Part shown: positions 1-9,909 of the stretch, piece by piece
Layout: each line of letters begins with the position of its first letter
Position numbering within the stretch: position 1 is the first letter of the stretch
DNA from: Candidatus Altimarinota bacterium
GTDB lineage: Bacteria > Patescibacteriota > Gracilibacteria > UBA1369
DNA: 64,000 bases
Assembly: GCA_963677745.1 (NCBI GenBank)
Contig: OY782391.1
Location: 864,001 to 928,000, forward strand
Direction of reading: 5' to 3'
Position numbers and translations under genes: made by a program
Notes under the pieces: model-generated
Told to the model about the DNA's origin: nothing
The model's database searches: none
The model's input: the letters and a program-made list of their open reading frames with translations, nothing else

Positions 1-2078
1 GACTGCCTGAGGTGGATCTGGGATACGAGTCGGAACTGGAAAAAACTTACCGTGAACAAAAGAAGGAGGAAGAGCGGGAAGAAGAAGCCAGTCTGGCTGA
101 AAATACCCTGCCTGAAAACAGTATCCTGCCGGTAGGGGGACAACTGATTGAATCCGAAACACAGCCCTCAATAGCGGAAAAAATCAAAAAATGGCTGACT
201 GAGATATTAAACTCCTCCTTCACGGAAATCAGTGTGCTGGAAAGCCTTGAGGATTTGTCCGAATGGCTGGAAATCGAGGTCCCCAATGACCCCGGTCACG
301 GCGACCTGTCAACCAACACCGCGCTTAAACTGGCCAAGTTGCTCAATCAGCCTCCCCGCCCTCTGGCTGAAAAGATGGTGCAGGAACTACAGAAAAAGGC
401 CGAAAGTGAACCCGGCCTGATGGCAAAAGTTGAAGCGGTCGGTCCGGGCTTCATCAATTTCCATTTTGATCTGCAGTATTTCCAAAGCCGTCTGTCCGAG
501 CTGCTCCGGCAAAAAGAAAAATACGGCCGGCACAACCTGGGGCATGGTGAGAAAATAATGATTGAATGGGGTTCTCTCAATATAGCCAAGCCCTTCGGCG
601 CCCAGCATTTCATGACCACCATCATCGGCAATACGCTGGTGAACCTGTACAGAGTGATCGGCTACCAGGTGCTTTCTGCAGATTTTCCGGGGGACTGGGG
701 TACCCAGTTTGGCAAATCCATCTACGCCTATAAGCACTGGGGAGACAAAGACCAGGTTGAGAAAGATCCGGTTAATGAGCTTTTGAAGCTCTACGTGAAA
801 TTTCATGAAGAAGCGGAAAAAGATCCTGCTTTGGATCAAGCTGCCCGCGATGAATTCCGCAAAATGGAGGAAGGGGACCAGGACAATTTCAAACTCTGGC
901 AATGGATAGTCGAAGTGTCCACGCGGGATCTGTATTCTATTTATCAGACTCTGGGAGTCAAACACGACCGCAGTTATCCCGAATCAAAATACAATGAAGC
1001 CTGTCTGAGAATTCTGGAAAAGGGCAAACAGCTGGGGATAGTCACTCCCGGAGAGAAGGGAGCTTATATTGTAGATCTGGAAGCCGAACACCTGCCCCCT
1101 GCCCTGGTTCAGAAAGGCGACGGAACCACTCTCTATACCACCAGGGATTTGGCCAGCATCGAAGACCGGTTGACCGGCGACCCGGATTTGAAAAAACTTG
1201 TCTATGTGGTAGACGTCGCACAGACGCTTAGTTTTAAACAGCTCTTTGCCATTGCCAAACGCTTTCATCAGGCCGATCCGTCCTTTCCCACCGCCGAATT
1301 CAAACATGTGGCTTTTGGCAGAATGAGTTTTGGGGATAAAGGCATGAGTACGCGCAAAGGAAACATTATCCAGGGGCGTGAAATTATCAAAGAGGCGCAT
1401 GACCGCGCCGAAAAAATTGTCCGGGAAAAACTGCTGGAAAACGGGGCCAAGTTTTCGCCGGTGGAACTGAAAAACCTGATCCACGGTTTGGCCATCGGAG
1501 CCATTAAATATGCCATGATCTGCCAGTCTCCCGAATCCGATCTGGTTTTTGACTGGGACAAAGTCATTTCTTTCGAGGGCAACAGTGCCCCTTATCTGCA
1601 ATACAGCCTGGCCCGCGCCAGCAGTATTCTGCGTAAGGCCGATCACCCCCAACCTGACCCGGAAAGCCACCGGGAAGAGTCCAGCCCTCTTAAAACATCC
1701 AAACAGGTCAGCGAAGACCAGATCACTCTCTTTTCGCTGGAACAAACGCAAAAATACAGTCAGAAAGCCGAGGATCTGGCCGCCGCCGAAGCCGGCCAAA
1801 CGCCTTTCAGCCAGCCGCTCGAACAGGCCTTGCTCCGTCTGCTGGTGCAGTTCCCCGACAAAGTCGCGGCGGCGGCCCTCACCTACAAACCCAACACGCT
1901 CACTTCCTACCTCCATGAGCTGGCTCAGACCTTCAATTCTTTCTACACTGCTGTTCCCGTAATCAAGAGCAGCCGTCCCGAACTCCGGGAGGCCCGTCTG
2001 GAGTTGGTAAAAGCAGCTGTCCAGGTACTCAGAAGCGGCTTGCAGATATTGGGAATTGCCACTTTTGACCGTATGTAA
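1..2078 (+). CDS. argS: Arginyl-tRNA synthetase, 5' end possibly outside the window
   Basis: GDLSTN and GPGFINF N-domain motifs, GDWGTQFG, MSTRKG (KMSKS equivalent), FEGNSAPYLQY anticodon domain. The frame is open back to the window edge. Confidence 0.93.
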   Translation, partial: LPEVDLGYESELEKTYREQKKEEEREEEASLAENTLPENSILPVGGQLIESETQPSIAEKIKKWLTEILNSSFTEISVLESLEDLSEWLEIEVPNDPGHGDLSTNTALKLAKLLNQPPRPLAEKMVQELQKKAESEPGLMAKVEAVGPGFINFHFDLQYFQSRLSELLRQKEKYGRHNLGHGEKIMIEWGSLNIAKPFGAQHFMTTIIGNTLVNLYRVIGYQVLSADFPGDWGTQFGKSIYAYKHWGDKDQVEKDPVNELLKLYVKFHEEAEKDPALDQAARDEFRKMEEGDQDNFKLWQWIVEVSTRDLYSIYQTLGVKHDRSYPESKYNEACLRILEKGKQLGIVTPGEKGAYIVDLEAEHLPPALVQKGDGTTLYTTRDLASIEDRLTGDPDLKKLVYVVDVAQTLSFKQLFAIAKRFHQADPSFPTAEFKHVAFGRMSFGDKGMSTRKGNIIQGREIIKEAHDRAEKIVREKLLENGAKFSPVELKNLIHGLAIGAIKYAMICQSPESDLVFDWDKVISFEGNSAPYLQYSLARASSILRKADHPQPDPESHREESSPLKTSKQVSEDQITLFSLEQTQKYSQKAEDLAAAEAGQTPFSQPLEQALLRLLVQFPDKVAAAALTYKPNTLTSYLHELAQTFNSFYTAVPVIKSSRPELREARLELVKAAVQVLRSGLQILGIATFDRM

Positions 2079-2083
2079 AGTTT

Positions 2084-2113
2084 TTGACAAATATCAATAA
2101 AGAGTTATATAAT
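2084..2113 (+). promoter_or_regulatory. Sigma70 promoter TTGACA-N18-TATAAT
   Basis: Both consensus hexamers present, 33 nt upstream of ORF 2147. Confidence 0.75.
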
Positions 2114-2146
2114 CGGCACTCATTTTGATAAATTGTCTACTGTTAC

Positions 2147-3481
2147 ATGTCTTCCCCTTCCCAACATGACGGCTTGGCGGCTGACGGCCGGGATGAAATT
2201 TTCAGTTATGCTGTAGATTCATCACGTTCCACATCTGAAACACAGGAAATTGCGGATGAGGACCTGCGGGCTCTGTTTGCCCTCCGTATTGGAATGGCTC
2301 GCGGCCGCAGTCTGAAGATTTCCATGTTAAGGGATCAATTGGTCAGCCTGGAGCAGGATTATCTGCGCACCCGCGCCCTGGTGGACGGTCAGATGCAGGC
2401 TCAAAAGCGCCTGCGATTCGAGAATTTTTTGGCCATGGAATTCATCTCCGGCGATCCTCTCGCCCCGGAGGTTCAACTGCAAAAAGCCCGTTTTCTTTTC
2501 AGGCAGGCAGCTGTCTCCTGGCTTCTGGCCAATTATGAGGAAATCGAAAAAAAGTTCCGGATGGAGGCCAGTATTCTGGGTAAAGATGCGATTACCTATC
2601 AGGAGATCCTGAAAATGATTTTTAAAGAGATCCCCGCCCAGATCACCGAGCTGTTATCCTCCGAAACCTTATCTTTGCTTAAATCCTTTGTTGGTTCCCC
2701 CTTCGGCAACAGCTTCGATTTATATCAATTGTGTCAGGATTATCCTCATCTGACCGATTTGGAGGTTAATATTTACAACCGCGAGGATCTGGAAAGATTT
2801 CAGGGGCATTTATTGGGAACGCTCAGCGGAGTGGGTAAAAATGTCTGGGAAAACTATCAGCGCAAAAAGACTCAGCTGGCCAGGGAACTTAAGGAATACG
2901 GGGCGGACCGCTCTGCCCTGCCCGAGGCACATCATTTCGGCCGTTTGCGTGAACCGATGCGGATATTTCTGATCAGGGAACAGCTTCATGCCAGCGTCGA
3001 AAAGGCGGTCGCGGGCAACAACGGTGAAACTGAAAAAACAGTGGAAATACCCCGTCAACTCCTGGAACACTTCGATTATTTCGGCAGAAAAGCCGAGTCG
3101 GGCGAACTGGCCGAACGCTTCCACAGCCTGCCCGTCCAATCGGTATTCTGGGATGCCCTGCAGAGAGTTCTGGGGCAGGCCACACCCCGCCGGATGATTG
3201 CACAGCTGTCCGATCAAATCGAAAAAGAAGAGGCTCTCCTGGAAAAAATCTATCAATTAATGCAGCTGGTGAATTCATTGGAAAAGATGAGCGGCGCAGG
3301 CTTGTCCAATGACGAATGCCGTGGACTGGCCTCCATCTTCGGCCGGGATTTAAAACAAATCCTGGAAGGACTTAACAAACAAAAACAGCCAGCTGCCGAT
3401 CATCCTTTAAGCGTGGAGAGACAATTGGATGAAACACTGCAGCTGGCCGCCTATACTCACAAACAACTTCAAAACTCTTAG
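2147..3481 (+). CDS. Hypothetical alpha-helical protein
   Basis: 444-aa ORF behind a consensus promoter; no recognised motif. Confidence 0.7.
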   Translation: MSSPSQHDGLAADGRDEIFSYAVDSSRSTSETQEIADEDLRALFALRIGMARGRSLKISMLRDQLVSLEQDYLRTRALVDGQMQAQKRLRFENFLAMEFISGDPLAPEVQLQKARFLFRQAAVSWLLANYEEIEKKFRMEASILGKDAITYQEILKMIFKEIPAQITELLSSETLSLLKSFVGSPFGNSFDLYQLCQDYPHLTDLEVNIYNREDLERFQGHLLGTLSGVGKNVWENYQRKKTQLARELKEYGADRSALPEAHHFGRLREPMRIFLIREQLHASVEKAVAGNNGETEKTVEIPRQLLEHFDYFGRKAESGELAERFHSLPVQSVFWDALQRVLGQATPRRMIAQLSDQIEKEEALLEKIYQLMQLVNSLEKMSGAGLSNDECRGLASIFGRDLKQILEGLNKQKQPAADHPLSVERQLDETLQLAAYTHKQLQNS

Positions 3482-4392
3482 GACTGGGCGTGGTGAGTCG
3501 GGGTATGATGTTCTGCCGGAGCATGATGTTCTGGAGCCACATGATGGCTGCCGCGGAACTTCTCGACCTGTCCCTTCAGGCAGTATTGGAAGAGCGTATA
3601 AAAGGTACCAACAACTCCACCGGCAAAAGCACCGGCCAGAGAAGCAGCAGCTCTGCCCAAAACGGCGAAAACGGCACCCAGTACCCCGATCAGAATAGCT
3701 GAAGCAACAGCGCCAACCAGACCCATCAGTAAATAATTGCCAAAAATCGTCCAGGTCAGTCCATTGCAGAGTTCCAGACTTCTTTTCAGTGAACCGTCGA
3801 CTTCCGGTTTTTCAGCCGACCAGTAGATGGCATAGGACATCGAAGCGTTGATGATCTTGGTAAAGAAAAGCACCAAATAAACTATCACGGCCAGCGGAGA
3901 AAGCATCATCAGCATGCCGGAGAGAGCCGGCACAAAGGGGAGCAGAATTGCCGCAACCAGGAAATAGGCGATCATGATCCATCCACCGGTGTAAACAAAC
4001 AAATTGATGGCCAGTTTGATGGCATTGACGAAATGCGTTTGGACGAAGCTGAACAAGGCGGCAACATCCAGCTTTTTCCCGTCAAAAACATGGCTGGCGG
4101 CACGCATCACCATGCCAAAACCAAAGAAATTGATGATAACCGAAACCAGTGTCAGCAGCAGTCCCAGAATAATTACGACAATGGCGCCGGTATTATATAC
4201 TGCCGCCAAAATTGGCGGATAAAGATAACTTTCCAATAAGCCTGTAACCACCATCGGGGCCAGAAACAGGGCGATCAGCATCAATGGTTCTTTCTTGAGC
4301 AGTTCCCAGGCGGCCATAAACACCCCCTGAAACTTTACCATCTGCATCTGATTAATAACCTTATTTACATCAGGTTTTTGTGTGTGTTCCAT
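3478..4392 (-). CDS. Multi-pass membrane protein with His-rich C-terminal tail
   Basis: About 6 hydrophobic segments; ends HHVAPEHHAPAEHHTPTHHAQS. Confidence 0.75.
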   Translation of the reverse strand: MEHTQKPDVNKVINQMQMVKFQGVFMAAWELLKKEPLMLIALFLAPMVVTGLLESYLYPPILAAVYNTGAIVVIILGLLLTLVSVIINFFGFGMVMRAASHVFDGKKLDVAALFSFVQTHFVNAIKLAINLFVYTGGWIMIAYFLVAAILLPFVPALSGMLMMLSPLAVIVYLVLFFTKIINASMSYAIYWSAEKPEVDGSLKRSLELCNGLTWTIFGNYLLMGLVGAVASAILIGVLGAVFAVLGRAAASLAGAFAGGVVGTFYTLFQYCLKGQVEKFRGSHHVAPEHHAPAEHHTPTHHAQS

Positions 4393-4482
4393 TTTTATTA
4401 ATTTAATAATTATTCAAACTGGTCGGATTATATAGCAAACCGGCCGCAAACAGCAAATTGAACGGAATCAACTATTTTGAAA

Positions 4483-4558
4483 TGGAGGCGGCACCCGGGA
4501 TCGAACCGGGGAATGACGGTTTTGCAAACCGTTGCCTTAGCCACTTGGCTATACCGCC
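4483..4558 (-). tRNA. tRNA-Cys(GCA)
   Basis: Cloverleaf GGCGGTA...TGCCGCCT-CCA; anticodon arm ACGGT-TTGCAAA-ACCGT. Confidence 0.96.
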
Positions 4559-4573
4559 GTCCTCGTTACTTAA

Positions 4574-4666
4574 TGGCGGAGAGGGAGAGATTCGAACTCT
4601 CGCGAGGGGAAATCCCCTCCTACAGGATTAGCAATCCCGCCCCTTCAGCCACTTGGGTACCTCTCC
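4574..4666 (-). tRNA. tRNA-Ser(GCT)
   Basis: GGAGAGG acceptor, long variable arm, loop TTGCTAA, encoded CCA. Confidence 0.96.
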
Positions 4667-4803
4667 ACATATTATTTTCACGATTCATTTCTATGATCAC
4701 CGGCAGGCTTTCTGCCGCTTGGGCATATTAATATGAACCCCCCGAAAATGCAAAAACTTTTTCCCCGGCACCTTCGGGACCTCTTTTCGTGCACATACGG
4801 TCT

Positions 4804-4834
4804 TCATAAAGGTAAGATTTTCTTACTTTTATGA
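4804..4834. repeat. GTAAGA/TCTTAC palindrome, copy A
   Basis: TCATAAAGGTAAGA-TTT-TCTTACTTTTATGA; related to copies at 37632 and 43784. Confidence 0.6.
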
Positions 4835-5100
4835 TAAGTGACAGTCAGCCTCACCCCCCTGCCATACATATAAATGAATTTTACAAAATAGGTAAATTGG
4901 GTGTATAATCTTTAGATATGTTGAAGCCGCTTTTTGACACCCTTGAAAACCCGCATCAACAAGCCAAGCGGGGTTGACGAAAAATCTCATAAGTAGCCTG
5001 GTTAGCCAAAAACACCTCCGCCCCGTCCCGCCCGTTTTTGCCGATTTGACATGCCTGTCGGCGACTGGTATTCCAATGGTGAACTAACCCCCTTCTATCT

Positions 5101-5586
5101 ATGGATCAGCATCAACGACCAACCTGGGATGAATATTTCATGGCGGTGGCCGCCACGATTGCCGAAAGGGGGACTTGTGACAGGGCCAGGGTCGGCTGTG
5201 TAATCGCCAAGGACAAACAAATTCTGGTGACCGGATATAACGGCTCCCCGACCGGATTGCCGCATTGCGACGACGTGGGGCATCAGTTGAAAAAAATGAT
5301 CCATGAGGACGACAGTATCTCCCAGCATTGCGTCCGGACTGTCCATGGGGAACAAAACGCCATTTGCCAGGCTGCCAAGAGAGGCATTGCCATAGAGGGG
5401 GCAACGGTCTATTGCCTGATGACGCCCTGCCGTACCTGTGCCATGCTGCTGATTAATTGTGGTATCAAGCGGGTTGTTTGTGCCAAAAAATACCATGCCG
5501 GGGCCGAAACCGAGGCAATGTTCAAAGAAGCCGGTATTGAACTGGAATTCAGAGAAGACTCCGTTCTGAAATATCAGAACCAGTAA
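5101..5586 (+). CDS. dCMP deaminase / ComEB family
   Basis: RPTWDEYFM, TGYNG, HGEQNAI and PCRTC zinc motifs. Confidence 0.92.
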   Translation: MDQHQRPTWDEYFMAVAATIAERGTCDRARVGCVIAKDKQILVTGYNGSPTGLPHCDDVGHQLKKMIHEDDSISQHCVRTVHGEQNAICQAAKRGIAIEGATVYCLMTPCRTCAMLLINCGIKRVVCAKKYHAGAETEAMFKEAGIELEFREDSVLKYQNQ

Positions 5587-5653
5587 ACATTGGATAGCGA
5601 AAATCTGATAAGTGTGCTATTCTCTGGCAGTTCCAATCTTTAATAATACAAAT

Positions 5654-5881
5654 ATGAAACCAATTTCCATAATTGCCATGATTTTAGTCGTGGTCGGGGC
5701 TGTTAACTGGGGACTGACCGGTCTGGGGAATCTGATTTCCACCAACCTTAACCTGGTCAATCTGCTGTTTGGACAGTGGCCGGTCGTAGAAAGCGTGGTC
5801 TATCTGTTGGTCGGAATCTCGGGTTTGCTGCTGATTGGTTTGTTGGTTTCCAAGAAATGTCCGGTTTGCGAAAACAAGTAG
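5654..5881 (+). CDS. DUF378-type small membrane protein
   Basis: LVVVGAVNWGL...NLV..LFG...VYLLVGISG. Confidence 0.85.
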   Translation: MKPISIIAMILVVVGAVNWGLTGLGNLISTNLNLVNLLFGQWPVVESVVYLLVGISGLLLIGLLVSKKCPVCENK

Positions 5882-5908
5882 AGCTGATTCTCTATCAGTG
5901 AGTTTTTG

Positions 5909-5941
5909 AAAGCGCCCTGCCGTGCGGCAGGGCGCTTTTTT
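5909..5941 (+). terminator. Intrinsic terminator, possibly bidirectional
   Basis: AAAGCGCCCTGCC-GTGC-GGCAGGGCGCTTT followed by a T-run, between convergent units. Confidence 0.85.
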
Positions 5942-5952
5942 GCATATTAATA

Positions 5953-6042
5953 TGGCGGAGAGAGAGGGATTCGAACCCCCGAGGAGCTTGCGCCCCTAAC
6001 GGTTTTCAAGACCGTCGCTTTCGACCGCTCAGCCATCTCTCC
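5953..6042 (-). tRNA. tRNA-Ser(TGA)
   Basis: GGAGAGA acceptor, loop CTTGAAA, long variable arm, CCA. Confidence 0.96.
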
Positions 6043-6162
6043 CAGTCACGAAGCGCTGGCATATTAACCAACTTCCCGGCCGACTTCAAGAAAAATTTAC
6101 AAATATCTTAGCTTCCTTTCATCATGGACTGTTTATGGTGACGTCATAAATAAACAAATTCC

Positions 6163-6483
6163 ATGAACAGCTTTGATTTATCGGTTGAGACGCTTGGCAA
6201 CCTGCAGATATTCAGGGACCGGCATGTTATTGCCAACCAAAGCGGCCGGGAGGTTAAATTGCGCCGGCGCGAATTTCAGCTTTTTAATTTCTTATTTAAT
6301 AACATCAATTCGGTTGTCCACAAATGTGCTCTGTTGGAGCTGGTTTGGGACTTTGCCGATTTCTCCGCCAGCAATACGCTGGAGGTGCATTTAAGCACTT
6401 TACGCCGTAAACTGAAGGCACTGACAGACCGGGTGATCATCGAAACCGTGCGCGGAGTGGGGTACAGACTGGTTGCCGGTTGA
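6163..6483 (+). CDS. Stand-alone OmpR/PhoB-type winged-helix DNA-binding domain
   Basis: L.RREF.L...LLELVW...SNTLEVH...LRRKL...IETVRGVGY; no receiver domain. Confidence 0.85.
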   Translation: MNSFDLSVETLGNLQIFRDRHVIANQSGREVKLRRREFQLFNFLFNNINSVVHKCALLELVWDFADFSASNTLEVHLSTLRRKLKALTDRVIIETVRGVGYRLVAG

Positions 6484-6509
6484 GCCTAAAGAAACTACGG
6501 ACGAAGTGC

Positions 6510-7733
6510 TTACAATGTCTGCAGATATTTGACCGCCTCATCCAGTTGCCGGTCGAATTTATTGTCATAATCCTTGTCCTGCAGTTCCACGATCCGGTCG
6601 GGGACTATACCTTTTTCATTGATATCCCGCCCTTCCGGCGATAGCCAGCGGGCAATGGTGAAACGCAAACTGGAGCCGTCCGGAAGCGGATCGACTTCCT
6701 GTACCGTGCCTTTTCCATAGCTGGTTTCCCCCATCAGTATGCCTCTTTTGAGGTCCTGTACAGCCGCCGCCACGATTTCCGAGGCGGAAGCAGAGCCGTG
6801 ATTAATCAGTACCACCAGCGGCAGCTCGGGGAATTGGGCCTTACCTGAAGTTTTCAGTTTTTCATCCGATTTCTGATCGCGGTAATCGATTGACACCACC
6901 TGCTTTTCCCCGCGTATAAAAGCCGAAAGAATGTCCACCGCCCCGTCCAGATAACCGCCGCCGTTAAAGCGCAGATCCAGTATCATGGCCTTGGGATTTT
7001 TCAATTTTATTTCGTTCATGGTCCGGTTGAATTCCATCTTGGTGTCGTCGCTGAACTGATTGACAGAGACATACCAGATCCCCGGTTTGGTTTCTTCGGA
7101 GCTGACGCTCTCCACCGTGATGGTATCGCGTGTAATGGTCAATTCAAAAGGATCGGTTTTGTTTTTGCGGATAACCGAAAGCTTGACTGTGGTCCCTTTC
7201 TTGCCGCGTATCTTGTTGATGGCGTCAAAAAGTGACAGGTCCGCTGTATTCTGACCATCGATTCCCAGCACAACGTCATCCGGAAGCAGACCGGTCTTTT
7301 CGGCCGGCGATCCTTTCACCACGGCCACCACGGTCAGCAGCTGGTCGCGTACTGTCATTTCCGCTCCGATGCCTTCCAGTTCGGAATTCAGACTTTCGTT
7401 AAAATCAATCGTTTCCTGGGGATCCATAAATTCGCTATAAGGATCATCCAAGGCAGAAACCATGCCCTTAACCGCTCCATAACTCATGGCCTGGCCGTCC
7501 ATTTTTTCGGTGTGGATGTATTTTTTTTGCAGAAGATCTCTCACCATCCAAAAAGTTTTCAGACTGATTTCGGAAGAAACTTTATCTCCGCCGATCTCTC
7601 CCAAAACATTGGTGACATTGTCCGATTCCAACACCAGACTGTGGGTAGGCAGGGAATTGCCGACCAGCAGGCCGGTTGAAAATACCAGGCCAAAAATGGC
7701 TATATAACTGGCGATTCTTGTACTTGTTTTCAT
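6510..7733 (-). CDS. ctpA: S41 carboxy-terminal processing protease (PDZ + S41)
   Basis: LDDPYS, GIG, DLRFNGGG, SASASEI, SYGKG. Confidence 0.93.
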   Translation of the reverse strand: MKTSTRIASYIAIFGLVFSTGLLVGNSLPTHSLVLESDNVTNVLGEIGGDKVSSEISLKTFWMVRDLLQKKYIHTEKMDGQAMSYGAVKGMVSALDDPYSEFMDPQETIDFNESLNSELEGIGAEMTVRDQLLTVVAVVKGSPAEKTGLLPDDVVLGIDGQNTADLSLFDAINKIRGKKGTTVKLSVIRKNKTDPFELTITRDTITVESVSSEETKPGIWYVSVNQFSDDTKMEFNRTMNEIKLKNPKAMILDLRFNGGGYLDGAVDILSAFIRGEKQVVSIDYRDQKSDEKLKTSGKAQFPELPLVVLINHGSASASEIVAAAVQDLKRGILMGETSYGKGTVQEVDPLPDGSSLRFTIARWLSPEGRDINEKGIVPDRIVELQDKDYDNKFDRQLDEAVKYLQTL

Positions 7734-7759
7734 AATTTCAGATAATTCAGGTGGGCCGA

Positions 7760-8578
7760 TTATACACTAACCGGCTTGATTTGTATTCTATTAATTTTTT
7801 CGGGAAGTCCGCTTTGCTCATCAATATCCAGCAGCAGCGCGGAAAAAACCGCGTCGCCCTCCGCCATCCTGTGCCTGACCGGCATTTGCGTCAAAAACCC
7901 CTGGATTATCTCCTCCTTGGCCAGCCCGATAATCGAATCGATTGCTCCCACCATACCGACATCGGTGATGAAGCCGGTGCCGTGCGGCAGCAGTCTTTCA
8001 TCAGCCGTCTGCACATGGGTATGCGTACCGATAACCGCGCTTACCCGCCCGTCCAGATAATTGGCCAGCGCCGCTCTTTCGGAAGTGGTTTCGGCATGAA
8101 AATCAACAATAATGGCGGCCAGGCCCTGGCCCAGGCTCAGACCTTTCTCAGCCGTCTCTTCCAGTATCCGGTCGGCGGTCCGGAAAGGATCTTCCGGATG
8201 AAGGGGCATGTATACCCTGCCCAGCAGATTGATCACCAGTATTTTCTCCTTGCTTCCGGGCGGGCTGATCAGGGCCTGGCCGCGCCCCGGATTCTTTTCC
8301 GGATAATTGGCCGGCCGTATCAATGGATAGTCGGCCGTATCCAGAAAATTATAGATTTCCGGGACTTTCCAGATGTGGTTGCCGCTGGTAAAAAAATCAA
8401 TTCCGGCCGCTTTCATTTCCTGAATTTTTGAGTCGCTGACGCCTTTGCCGTGATGGATGTTTTCCACATTGGCTATCACCAGATCGATTTTTTCCTCCTC
8501 TTTGAGACGCGGCAGAACTTTCGTCACGGCCTGCCGTCCCGGCCTGCCAAAAACATCTCCAATAAATAATATGCGCAT
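7760..8578 (-). CDS. ymdB: YmdB-family metallophosphoesterase
   Basis: FIGDV.GRPG, TSGNH, RPANYP, DFHAE.TSE, GTHTHV. Confidence 0.92.
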   Translation of the reverse strand: MRILFIGDVFGRPGRQAVTKVLPRLKEEEKIDLVIANVENIHHGKGVSDSKIQEMKAAGIDFFTSGNHIWKVPEIYNFLDTADYPLIRPANYPEKNPGRGQALISPPGSKEKILVINLLGRVYMPLHPEDPFRTADRILEETAEKGLSLGQGLAAIIVDFHAETTSERAALANYLDGRVSAVIGTHTHVQTADERLLPHGTGFITDVGMVGAIDSIIGLAKEEIIQGFLTQMPVRHRMAEGDAVFSALLLDIDEQSGLPEKINRIQIKPVSV

Positions 8579-8732
8579 GAAATTTCCAGTTAAAGCCACA
8601 ATATGTTATCAGCAAAAACACTGTTAATCCAGAGCTGTCCTTTTTAGGATTTGTTAAGAAAAATTTTAATTTGGCGTCAGTTTGCCCGTGTATAAAAGAA
8701 ATATATTTTATCAACCTGTACAGGGTAAAATC

Positions 8733-8761
8733 TTGACGGTGAGTATTTGCTCACCTAAGAT
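8733..8761 (+). promoter_or_regulatory. recA promoter TTGACG-N17-TAAGAT with an inverted repeat in the spacer
   Basis: Near-consensus hexamers; GGTGAG-N6-CTCACC at 8738-8755. Confidence 0.65.
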
Positions 8762-8799
8762 TGGGCTAAAGTAAAAATTATTTAACTTTAATATATTTT

Positions 8800-9903
8800 A
8801 TGGCTATCTCATCAGAAAAACAAAAGGCAGTGGAACTGGCATTATCACAGATTGAACGTGCTTTCGGCAAAGGTTCAATCATGAAAATGGGTGAACAGCA
8901 CAATATCGCCATTGAGACTTTTTCCACCGGGGCGATGTCCCTGGACCTGGCACTGGGCGGTGGTGTTCCCAAGGGTAGAATTATCGAGGTCTACGGCCCG
9001 GAAAGTTCCGGCAAGACCACGCTTACTCTCCACATGATCACCGAAATTCAGAAGGCCGGCGGTATGGCCGCTTTTATTGATGCCGAACACGCGCTGGATC
9101 CCGAATATGCCCGCCGCATCGGTCTGGATCTGGATAATCTGCTGGTATCACAGCCCGACAGCGGAGAGCAGGCTTTGGAAATTGCCGAAACCCTGGTGCG
9201 TTCCAACGCTATTGATTTGATTGTAATCGACTCGGTGGCTGCGCTGACTCCCAAAGCGGAAATCGAAGGGGAAATGGGCGATTCCCACATGGGTCTGCAG
9301 GCCAGACTGATGAGTCAGGCCCTGCGCAAATTGACCGCCGCCATCAGCAAATCCAAAACCACCGTGGTCTTCATCAATCAGCTGCGCATGAAGATCGGAG
9401 TAATGTTCGGCAACCCCGAAACTACTACCGGCGGCAATGCCCTTAAATTTTATGCTTCGGTCCGTATGGAGATTCGTTCCATCGGCAAACTGGAGGAAGG
9501 TACCGGCGAGGAAAAGACTTATACCGGCCTGCGCGTGAAGGTAAAGGTGGTCAAAAATAAGGTTGCTCCGCCTTTCCGTACTGCCGAATTCGACATCATG
9601 TATAACCGCGGTATCAGCCGGGTAGGAGATATCCTGGATCTGGCCGCCAGATTTGAAATCGTCAAGAAATCGGGAGCTTTCTACAGTTTCGGCGAAACCA
9701 AAATCGGACAGGGACGTGACAACACCAAGGCCTTTTTGAGCCAGCCGGAAAACAAGAAAATTTTACAGGCTATTGAAAAGGAAGTTCTGAAATCGGCCAA
9801 ACTGGAAGCAGCTGCCAATCTGGGTGATGCCAAACCGATGGAAGCTGCCCCGGCGGTAGAAACACCTGTCAAAATCGCACGTTCCCTGGCAGAGAAAAAA
9901 TAA
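8800..9903 (+). CDS. recA: Recombinase A
   Basis: [33 protein letters not shown]. Confidence 0.99.
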   Translation: MAISSEKQKAVELALSQIERAFGKGSIMKMGEQHNIAIETFSTGAMSLDLALGGGVPKGRIIEVYGPESSGKTTLTLHMITEIQKAGGMAAFIDAEHALDPEYARRIGLDLDNLLVSQPDSGEQALEIAETLVRSNAIDLIVIDSVAALTPKAEIEGEMGDSHMGLQARLMSQALRKLTAAISKSKTTVVFINQLRMKIGVMFGNPETTTGGNALKFYASVRMEIRSIGKLEEGTGEEKTYTGLRVKVKVVKNKVAPPFRTAEFDIMYNRGISRVGDILDLAARFEIVKKSGAFYSFGETKIGQGRDNTKAFLSQPENKKILQAIEKEVLKSAKLEAAANLGDAKPMEAAPAVETPVKIARSLAEKK

Positions 9904-9909
9904 AAGGTC

